DNA of 64,000 nt from NCBI GenBank assembly GCA_964363475.1, contig CAYIII010000001.1, positions 2,170 through 66,169 on the forward strand, given 5' to 3'. The notes beneath the pieces were generated by a model. That model was not told the DNA's origin, did no database searches, and was given only the letters and a program-made list of their open reading frames with translations. The stretch is from an uncultured Candidatus Saccharibacteria bacterium. GTDB taxonomy: Bacteria > Patescibacteriota > Minisyncoccia > UBA6257 > UBA11618. Shown in pieces: positions 56,605 to 64,000 of this stretch; the first letter of the stretch is position 1; each line of letters starts with the position of its first letter. A program made the translations under genes and the position numbers.

Positions 56605-58953
56605 ATGTCTAGAAAAATATTAATCTACGGATTTTTAGGAATTTGCGCTCTAGCATTGGGAGGATTTTTTTATATTGAATTATTATTTAGAAACCTTCCT
56701 AATCCAACCCTATTTGACCAACGGCAAGTAGCGCAATCAACTAAAATTTATGATAAAACGGGCGAAGTTTTGCTCTATGAACTTTATGGAGAGCAAAAAA
56801 GGACGGTTATCCCGTTTGAGGAAATTCCGGAAATAATCAAAAATGCCTCTTTAATTATTGAGGATAAGGAATTTTATAATCATCCCGCCTTTGATTGGAA
56901 ATCCATTATAAGAGCAGCAATTATAAATTTAACCAGCGGACGCATTGTCCAAGGAGGGTCAACTATAACGCAACAATTAGCCAAAAACGCCTTCTTAAGT
57001 TCGGAAAGGACAATTAACAGAAAAATTAAGGAATTGCTCTTGGCTTTTCGTTTAGAAAAAAAATACACCAAAGACCAAATTCTAAATTTATATTTAAATC
57101 AGATTCCTTATGGAACGAATGCTTATGGCATAGAAGCGGCCGCGCAGACCTATTTTCAAAAAAAGGCCAAGAATTTAAATTTAGCCGAAGCCGCCTTATT
57201 GGCCAGTTTACCCAAAGCTCCCAGTTACTATTCTCCATGGGGCGAACATAAAGAAGAACTTACCGGACGCAAAAACTATATTATAGACCAAATGGCCGCG
57301 GCTAAGATGATTAGCGAAGAAGAAGCCGCCGAAGCTAAAAAAATTGAAATAGAATTTGCCCCGCAGACCATTAGCATCAACGCCCCTCATTTTGTAATAA
57401 CGATTCAGGATTATTTAAACAGCCATTATGGAGAGGATTTTGTCAGAAGCGCCGGATTAAAAGTTACAACAACTCTTGATTGGAAAATGCAACAATTAGC
57501 GGAAAAAGTGGTCGCCGAAGGAGCCGAAAATAATGAAAAATTATATAAAGGGAAAAATGCCGCTTTGGTCGCTCAAGACGCGAAAACAGGACAAATATTA
57601 GCCCTGGTTGGCTCCAGAAATTATTTTGATGAAGAAGTGGACGGCAACTTTAATGTTGCCACCCAAGGACTAAGACAGCCCGGTTCCGCCATTAAACCCA
57701 TCGCTTATTTAACGGCATTTATTAAAGGATATACTCCGGACTCCATAGTTTTTGATTTAGAAACAGAGTTTAATACCACGGACGAAGAAGAAAAAAGTTA
57801 TAAACCGCAAAATTATGACGAACAATTTCGCGGTCCCGTGACTATGAGGAACGGATTGGCGCAGTCAATAAACGTTCCGTCGGTAAAAACCCTTTATTTG
57901 GCGGGATTAGATGAGACATTAAAGAACGCTAAAAAAATGGGTATAACAACACTAACCGAAAGAAGCCGCTATGGTCTTTCGTTGGCGCTGGGAGGCGGCG
58001 AAGTCAAACTTATTGATTTAGTGGGCGCTTATTCGGTATTCAGCCAAGACGGCATAAAACATAAACAGGTATTTATTTTAAAAATAGAAGATAGTCAAGG
58101 TGAAATCATTGAAGAATATAAAGACCAATCGGAACAGATTATAGAACCGCAATATGTAAGATTAATAAATGATATTTTAACGGATATAGAGGCCCGCTCT
58201 TTATTATTTAGTAATAGCTTGAGTTTAACGGTTTTTCCAAATCAAGAAGTGGCTTTAAAAACCGGCACGACAAACGATTACAGAGACGCTTGGGCGATGG
58301 GCTATACTCCGTCCTTAACTGTGGGCGTGTGGGCCGGAAACAACGATAATCAACCAATGGAAAAAAGGGGCGGTAGTATTCTGGCGGCCGTTCCTATCTG
58401 GAATGCGTTTTTAAAAGAAGCGCTTAAAGAAACGGCGCTAGAAACATTTCCCAGACCGGAAGTGATTTTGGTAGATAAGCCGATATTAAAAGGAGAATAT
58501 ATAATAAATAATGAAATTCACGATATTCTCTATTATATTGATAAAAATAATCCCCAAGGACAATCGCCGTCCGACCCAAAAAAGGACTCTCAATTTGAGA
58601 ATTGGGAGAAAGTAGTAAGGGACTGGGCACAAATTAATTTACCGGCTTTATCTAATAATAATCCGAATAATCAATCTGTTATTGAGTTTTTGAATTTACA
58701 AAACGGCCAAACCATAACTAATCCTCTTAATATCAGTATTAAAATAAAAAGTTCTCAAGATATTACTAAATTAGAAACATATTTCAACGATAAACTAATA
58801 GACCAAAAATTCCTGAACTTGGGAAAAGAATTTGATTATCAAATGAATTTTGACTTAACTTTGGAACTACAAAACAAATTCACAATTAAAACATTTGATG
58901 TTTTAAATAATATTATAACTAAAGAAATAATTTTATATTCTAATGGGCATTAG
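56605..58953 (+). CDS. Class A penicillin-binding protein (PBP1a family)
   Basis: QGGSTITQQLAKN, RKIKE, RQPGSAIKP, SIN, KTGT. Confidence 0.95.
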   Translation: MSRKILIYGFLGICALALGGFFYIELLFRNLPNPTLFDQRQVAQSTKIYDKTGEVLLYELYGEQKRTVIPFEEIPEIIKNASLIIEDKEFYNHPAFDWKSIIRAAIINLTSGRIVQGGSTITQQLAKNAFLSSERTINRKIKELLLAFRLEKKYTKDQILNLYLNQIPYGTNAYGIEAAAQTYFQKKAKNLNLAEAALLASLPKAPSYYSPWGEHKEELTGRKNYIIDQMAAAKMISEEEAAEAKKIEIEFAPQTISINAPHFVITIQDYLNSHYGEDFVRSAGLKVTTTLDWKMQQLAEKVVAEGAENNEKLYKGKNAALVAQDAKTGQILALVGSRNYFDEEVDGNFNVATQGLRQPGSAIKPIAYLTAFIKGYTPDSIVFDLETEFNTTDEEEKSYKPQNYDEQFRGPVTMRNGLAQSINVPSVKTLYLAGLDETLKNAKKMGITTLTERSRYGLSLALGGGEVKLIDLVGAYSVFSQDGIKHKQVFILKIEDSQGEIIEEYKDQSEQIIEPQYVRLINDILTDIEARSLLFSNSLSLTVFPNQEVALKTGTTNDYRDAWAMGYTPSLTVGVWAGNNDNQPMEKRGGSILAAVPIWNAFLKEALKETALETFPRPEVILVDKPILKGEYIINNEIHDILYYIDKNNPQGQSPSDPKKDSQFENWEKVVRDWAQINLPALSNNNPNNQSVIEFLNLQNGQTITNPLNISIKIKSSQDITKLETYFNDKLIDQKFLNLGKEFDYQMNFDLTLELQNKFTIKTFDVLNNIITKEIILYSNGH

Positions 58954-60045
58954 AATATAAAAATAAGATTTATCTTCTATTGGTTTTAGTAATGACGGTT
59001 TATTATAACCATTGCTTCCAAAAAAAACATTTTCGCCTTCAATAATCCTCAATCCATCCAATAAATAACGCCAATTAAAAGCTATTCCTTCAAAATCAGC
59101 CCCTTTTACTTTAGCCGGTATTAAATAATTATTTTCTCCTAATAACTGATTTAAAGAATATACTTCCAGGGTCTTCTGATTATTTTTAATCGCTAACCTA
59201 ATATCGTTTGTTTTCCCGCTGAAATTACTGACTAATTTAACCGAATTAATAAAATGATTTTTATTTAAAATAACTTCAGTTTCTATTTCTTTGGGAATAA
59301 TTTGCTCATAATCGGGGTAATTACCATCAATTAATCGAGAGATTAATTCGGTGGTGTTATTTTTAAATAATATCTGATTATTATCCAAAGATATTCTTAT
59401 AGGCATGTCATTAGAAAATATCCTTACTACTTCTTGAATTGTTTTTAACGGAATTATAATTTTAAAACTTTTATCAAAATTATGTTTAAATTGACTGCTG
59501 TTTAGGGTTTTTTCTGCTAAACGAAAACTGTCGGTTGTCACTAATTTTAATATCGTTAATTGAAAATCAAATAGAACTCCGCTTATTTCCGGCCTAATAT
59601 CGGATATTTGAGCCGCGTTTATCACTTTACTAATCGCGTCTTTAAAAGTTACTGGTTCTATTTCTAAGTAATTACTAGTATTTTCTAATTTTGGAATTAT
59701 AGGAAACTCATCTTCATGAATCCCCTGTATTTTGGCCTCATAATTATCGGTTTTAAAAATAAAATTATTATCAACTTTTTCTAAATTAATCCGTTCGTGA
59801 TTAGTATTATTAACAATGTTGTAAAAAGTATGAAAAGGCACTGTTAAACATCCTTCTTCTATTATTTTTCCGGAAATTACTTTTGTAATAGCTAATTCTA
59901 AATTAGTCGTTACCAGTTTAATTTTACCGTCAATTGTTTTTAATAAGACATTTTTTAATATCGGTAAATTAGAATTATCGGTAACAGCTCTTTCTGTTAT
60001 AGATAAACCGTCTTTTAAATTATCCTTAAACATTATTACTTTCAT
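58933..60045 (-). CDS. dnaN: DNA polymerase III beta clamp
   Basis: LPILKNV, TDSFRLAE, RLIDGNYPDY, LMPIR. Confidence 0.96.
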   Translation of the reverse strand: MKVIMFKDNLKDGLSITERAVTDNSNLPILKNVLLKTIDGKIKLVTTNLELAITKVISGKIIEEGCLTVPFHTFYNIVNNTNHERINLEKVDNNFIFKTDNYEAKIQGIHEDEFPIIPKLENTSNYLEIEPVTFKDAISKVINAAQISDIRPEISGVLFDFQLTILKLVTTDSFRLAEKTLNSSQFKHNFDKSFKIIIPLKTIQEVVRIFSNDMPIRISLDNNQILFKNNTTELISRLIDGNYPDYEQIIPKEIETEVILNKNHFINSVKLVSNFSGKTNDIRLAIKNNQKTLEVYSLNQLLGENNYLIPAKVKGADFEGIAFNWRYLLDGLRIIEGENVFFGSNGYNKPSLLKPIEDKSYFYILMPIRI

Positions 60046-60221
60046 ATTATTTATTTAATATATTTATTAGTAGTTAATAGTAGCACTTTTAATTTTTGTT
60101 GATAACTCATTTTTATTGCATTATTCCTCATATTTTTCATTTAATAAATTGTTTATAAAATCTTAAGTAATTCTGATATTATTGTTTATAATCTTTAATC
60201 GTCAATCTTTTCCACATTTAA
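60046..60221. other. Probable oriC unwinding region
   Basis: AT-rich dnaA-dnaN spacer; DnaA-box-like 9-mers at 60097-60105, 60150-60158, 60183-60191, 60208-60216; TAG trio-like run 60065-60083. Confidence 0.7.
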
Positions 60222-61580
60222 TTAATTTTTTATTAACCTGTCTTTAATAGTTAAAATATTTTGGCTTAACGTCTGATTATTACTTAATTCCCTGGTAATT
60301 TTTTCACAAGCGTATATAACGGTGGTATGGTCTCGTTTCCCCAGCCTTTCCCCAATAAAAGGATAAGAAAGACTTAAAATATCTCTTAATAAATAAGCGG
60401 TTATTTGTCTGCATTCCACTAATTCTTTTTTTCTGCTACGGCTAATTAAATCACTGGGAGATATTTCAAAATAATCGGCCACGGTCTTAATTATTTGGTC
60501 GGGGCCGATATTTTTTACCGGCTCTTTAATAACTTCACTCATGATTTGTTCTGCTAATTTTGTGGTTATTTCTAAATTCTTAACTTGCTGATAAAAAAGG
60601 ATTCTATTTAAAATACCTTCTAATTCCCTTAATCCCTTTCTAACTTTGTTGGCAATACAATTAACCACCTCGTCATTTAAGACCGCTCCCTTGCTAGCAA
60701 GTTTATTTTTTAAAACAGCCACTTTTAATTCATAATCGGGATATGTAATGTCAACAATCATCCCCCCTTCAAATCTAGACCTCAATCGTTCTTCTAAAAT
60801 TGGTATAAAACGCGGCGATCTGTCGGAAGATAAAACTATTTGCTTGTTGGCCTCATATAAAGCGTTGAAGGTATGAAAAAACTCTTCTTCAGTTCGGGCC
60901 TTTCCTCCCACAAATTGGATGTCATCAATAATTAAAACATCCACCATCCTATACTTATCTTTAATGGTCTCCATTCTTTTATTTCTCATTGCCCAAATCA
61001 CTTCATTAGTGAACTTTTCAGAGGGAACATATCGTATTTTGATTTTATTTTCATATAATTTATTAATCTCATTGCCCAATCCTTGGATAAGATGGGTCTT
61101 CCCTACCCCTACTCCGCCGTAAATAAATAAAGGATTATATTTTTTGCCTATATTTTTCAACACGGCCGACACGGCCGCGTGCGCCATTTCATTGGAAGAG
61201 CCAACCACAAACGAATCTAACGTATAGCTTGGATTTAAATTGGTCTCGGGGTCAACTTTTAATTCCGAAAAAACCAACTGATGATTTTTTTCGGACAGAT
61301 TTGCGCTTTTGCCCGCCGTTGATGCTAATTGATTGCCATGAACGCAATATTCAACCTTACGAATATTACTGTCAATGTTTCTTAGAGCCCCTAAAATTAT
61401 TTTGTGATACTTATTTTCCACCCACTCTTTAGCGAAATTATTAGGCAGGCCGACTGTCATCGCTCCGCTTTCTTTATTGCTAATTAGTTTGCTGTTTTTT
61501 AACCAAGTGGCAAAATTGGGGCGAGAAACCTGTAATTCAATTTCACCCAACGCTTTTTCCCACAAGGAATTTAAATCCAT
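60222..61580 (-). CDS. dnaA: Chromosomal replication initiator
   Basis: YNPLFIYGGVGVGKTHL, IDDIQF, EEFFHTFN, RDHTTV. Confidence 0.98.
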   Translation of the reverse strand: MDLNSLWEKALGEIELQVSRPNFATWLKNSKLISNKESGAMTVGLPNNFAKEWVENKYHKIILGALRNIDSNIRKVEYCVHGNQLASTAGKSANLSEKNHQLVFSELKVDPETNLNPSYTLDSFVVGSSNEMAHAAVSAVLKNIGKKYNPLFIYGGVGVGKTHLIQGLGNEINKLYENKIKIRYVPSEKFTNEVIWAMRNKRMETIKDKYRMVDVLIIDDIQFVGGKARTEEEFFHTFNALYEANKQIVLSSDRSPRFIPILEERLRSRFEGGMIVDITYPDYELKVAVLKNKLASKGAVLNDEVVNCIANKVRKGLRELEGILNRILFYQQVKNLEITTKLAEQIMSEVIKEPVKNIGPDQIIKTVADYFEISPSDLISRSRKKELVECRQITAYLLRDILSLSYPFIGERLGKRDHTTVIYACEKITRELSNNQTLSQNILTIKDRLIKN

Positions 61581-61635
61581 AGTTTCATTCTAGTGCGTGA
61601 CTGGTCTCGGTCAATAGTGACATAAGTTCAATATG

Positions 61636-61655
61636 TGTTGATAAGGTGTGGATAA
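61636..61655 (-). promoter_or_regulatory. DnaA boxes between dnaA and rpmH
   Basis: tgttgataa (61636-61644) and perfect tgtggataa (61647-61655). Confidence 0.75.
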
Positions 61656-61672
61656 CCTGCTAGAATATCCAA

Positions 61673-61807
61673 ATGAGTAGGACCTATCAGCCAAAAAAGA
61701 AAAAAAGAAGAAGGACTCACGGATTTCTAAAAAGAATGAGAATGGTAGGCGGCAGAAGGGCGTTAAGAAAGCGTCGTCAGAAGGGAAGACATAAGCTTAC
61801 CGTATAA
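61673..61807 (+). CDS. rpmH: 50S ribosomal protein L34 (not in ORF track)
   Basis: [22 protein letters not shown]...[11 protein letters not shown]. Confidence 0.95.
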   Translation: MSRTYQPKKKKRRRTHGFLKRMRMVGGRRALRKRRQKGRHKLTV

Positions 61808-62118
61808 TGTTGCCTAAAAAGAGCCGCTTGCCCATACAAGAATTGTTGGATAAGAGAGGAAAGACCCATCGCGGCGATTTTTTTACCATAAAGGTTTTTT
61901 TTAATAACTTTTCTTACAGCAGGTTTGGAATTATTATTAGCAAGAAAGTAGTCAATTCTGCCGTTCAAAGGAATAAAATAAAACGAATGCTGTTTTCGGC
62001 CCTGGAGTTGATTGTGGATAAATGGCAAAAGGCGGATTATTTAGTAGTGCTCAATAATTGGAAAGAATTAAATCAAAAACAAGTTAATGATCAATTTATT
62101 TCATACATTTTTCACTAA
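61807..62118 (+). CDS. rnpA: Ribonuclease P protein component
   Basis: [27 protein letters not shown]. Confidence 0.92.
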   Translation: MLPKKSRLPIQELLDKRGKTHRGDFFTIKVFFNNFSYSRFGIIISKKVVNSAVQRNKIKRMLFSALELIVDKWQKADYLVVLNNWKELNQKQVNDQFISYIFH

Positions 62119-62785
62119 TCCCTTAATTGACAGCTTGGTTTTCCTTTATAATCATGTCGCCTTTCAGGACTTGGGCGTAGCTATTATATTATTAACTCTT
62201 ATTATACGGCTGGCGCTCTTTCCTTTATTTTATAAAGGATTTCGTAACCAAACCTTATTACAAAAGATTCAGCCAGAAATAGAGAAAATCCAACAATTAC
62301 ATAAACACGACAGAGAGAAACAAGGGCTGGCGATGATGGAGTTGTACAGGCAACATAAAGTTAACCCGTTTTCCAGTTTTTTAATTATTTTAATACAACT
62401 ACCTATTTTAATAGGTCTCTATAATGTTTTTTTGCACCCTCCCGCCGGCTTAAATAATATTTTCTTAGGATTAGTGGACTTACAGAGCACGAATCTTTTA
62501 ATAGTGGCAACGGCGACTATTTTGCAGTATTTTCAAGGTAAATTAAGCTTGCCGAAAGCAAGGGCAGGGCAAGAAAATTCGCCCTCTTTCAAAATGGCAA
62601 GAAATATGATATTTTTAGGGCCACTGATTACAGTTGCTGTTTTGTACAATCTGCCATCGGCTATCGGACTCTATTGGCTTGCCACCACTATTTTCTCTAT
62701 AGGACAACAATTGTATATTAATAAACAACTGGAAAAAGAAGACAAAAATGGAACCACTGCAACAGACAACTCAAAAAATAGTTGA
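62087..62785 (+). CDS. yidC: Membrane protein insertase YidC/Oxa1
   Basis: GVAIILLTLIIR, QPEI, VNPFS, QLPIL, LYW. Confidence 0.93.
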   Translation: MINLFHTFFTNPLIDSLVFLYNHVAFQDLGVAIILLTLIIRLALFPLFYKGFRNQTLLQKIQPEIEKIQQLHKHDREKQGLAMMELYRQHKVNPFSSFLIILIQLPILIGLYNVFLHPPAGLNNIFLGLVDLQSTNLLIVATATILQYFQGKLSLPKARAGQENSPSFKMARNMIFLGPLITVAVLYNLPSAIGLYWLATTIFSIGQQLYINKQLEKEDKNGTTATDNSKNS

Positions 62786-63182
62786 ATTAATGGGATTTAA
62801 GGATATTAGCGTAAGTTTTGACGCGGCGGGGCGCAGAATCTCTATTCTTATCAATGACGGCGAATGGATAAAGGAATGGCTACCGAAAATGATTAGCGAT
62901 TTTTCTCATATAGTTCGTTTGCTGGGAAAAAAGAATAACATCAGCGAAAACATTTATATTGATGTTAATAATTACAGAAAAGAAAGAGAAAGGATTATTT
63001 TGGAGCTGGCAAGAGCCGCCGCCAGAAAAGCCACCACGACAAAAGAAGAGATTAAACTGCCGGCGATGAACGCTTACGAAAGAAGATTAATCCACACAGA
63101 GTTATCCGCCCGTCCCGATGTTAAGACGGAAAGCATTGGCGAAAAGTTAGAGCGTTACGTTATTATAAAACCCTTATTATAA
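62748..63182 (+). CDS. jag: Jag/KhpB-like R3H RNA-binding protein
   Basis: DVNNYRKERE, MNAYERRLIH, TESIGE. Confidence 0.88.
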   Translation: MEPLQQTTQKIVELMGFKDISVSFDAAGRRISILINDGEWIKEWLPKMISDFSHIVRLLGKKNNISENIYIDVNNYRKERERIILELARAAARKATTTKEEIKLPAMNAYERRLIHTELSARPDVKTESIGEKLERYVIIKPLL

Positions 63183-64000
63183 ATCAATCTTATATACTTT
63201 ATTATCGTAACGATTCGTAAAATATAAGTCGTCATTTATAACCATTAAGTTGACGGCGTCCAGCTTTTGGTCGCCTGTTTGGCTAAGTATTATTTGCGAT
63301 TTAGTCGGATTAACCGTTAAAGATATTATTTGGTCTTCCGAATAAAACTTATTTTTTAAATAGTCGTCTGGAAGCGCCGTGTTAGACGGCATTGTTTTTG
63401 GAACGGCGCAATATATTTTTTCTTCGTTATTGTTGGAAAAAGCGCATTTATTAGGCAGGGTTATAAAGGGCAGGCCAATCACTTGGCCGGTTTTATTATT
63501 TATTAGAGATAATTCTCCGTTAAACTTTAAAACCAGATTACCGTCTTTGGACCAATTTGCCATTAAGCCGGGTTCGTTTTGAAAAATATAATCCAGATTT
63601 TTATTTTTTAAATTATAACTCCAAATTGATGAGGGTATAAGAATTGACGGTTTTTCAATAATAAATACTTCGTCGGGCTTAACCCAGGCGACATTTACAT
63701 CTTCCAGGTTAATTTTTACCGCTTGCAGAACCTTATTTGTTTTTAGGTCAATAATTTTTAAGCCCCTTTCAAATTGAACTTTTTTAGTGTTATCGGGGTT
63801 AATGTCTTTGATAAAAAGTCCTTTGTAAAAATCTTCTTCCGACTCATCTGACACGGGCCTTAAAAGCGCTTCCGCTTCTTCTGCGGCGTCGGTATCGGGC
63901 AGTTGTTGCCCTGCCAATTCGGGCGCGTTAAAAACTTTTCTTCCTAAATAAAATATAAAAACAACGGATATGGCGATAACTATTGTTATTAAAATTATTA
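63177..64000 (-). CDS. Hypothetical membrane-anchored protein, 5' partial
   Basis: Frame stays open past 63917 to the window edge with a TM segment; LPNKC..IYCAVP..LPDDY. Confidence 0.65.
   Translation of the reverse strand, partial: IILITIVIAISVVFIFYLGRKVFNAPELAGQQLPDTDAAEEAEALLRPVSDESEEDFYKGLFIKDINPDNTKKVQFERGLKIIDLKTNKVLQAVKINLEDVNVAWVKPDEVFIIEKPSILIPSSIWSYNLKNKNLDYIFQNEPGLMANWSKDGNLVLKFNGELSLINNKTGQVIGLPFITLPNKCAFSNNNEEKIYCAVPKTMPSNTALPDDYLKNKFYSEDQIISLTVNPTKSQIILSQTGDQKLDAVNLMVINDDLYFTNRYDNKVYKIDL

Noticed and set aside
1029-63582. Many 60-170 aa ORFs antisense or out of frame to recognised genes
   Set aside because: Shadow ORFs of well-supported CDSs with no independent motifs

Overview
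AT-rich, densely packed bacterial chromosome segment read with the standard code 11. Gene content and style (short domain-trimmed housekeeping proteins, PilB/GspE ATPase, almost no Shine-Dalgarno sites) suggest Patescibacteria/CPR (Parcubacteria); this is an inference. The right end holds the replication origin region (dnaN-oriC-dnaA / rpmH-rnpA-yidC-jag). The rest is mostly housekeeping: folD, glyA, tsaC, rny, gpmI, uvrBC, rnj, trpS, ileS, smpB, infC-rpmI-rplT, polX, gdhA, murE, ruvABC, holA, mutM, a split polA and PBP1a. There are five tRNA genes and tmRNA. Main oddities: (1) the tmRNA 5' end lies inside the smpB coding tail; (2) tRNA-Phe carries a group I intron and is followed by a broken LAGLIDADG gene, a divergent tRNA-His and the orphaned 3' end of another tRNA-His; (3) several families of short palindromic or heptameric repeats are nested in each other and sit in frame inside essential genes; (4) two orphan secreted proteins share a C-terminal domain, one with tandem sigma-region-4-like repeats; (5) a candidate ~190-nt ncRNA lies behind a perfect sigma70 promoter. 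No CRISPR array, rRNA, integrase or transposase was seen.
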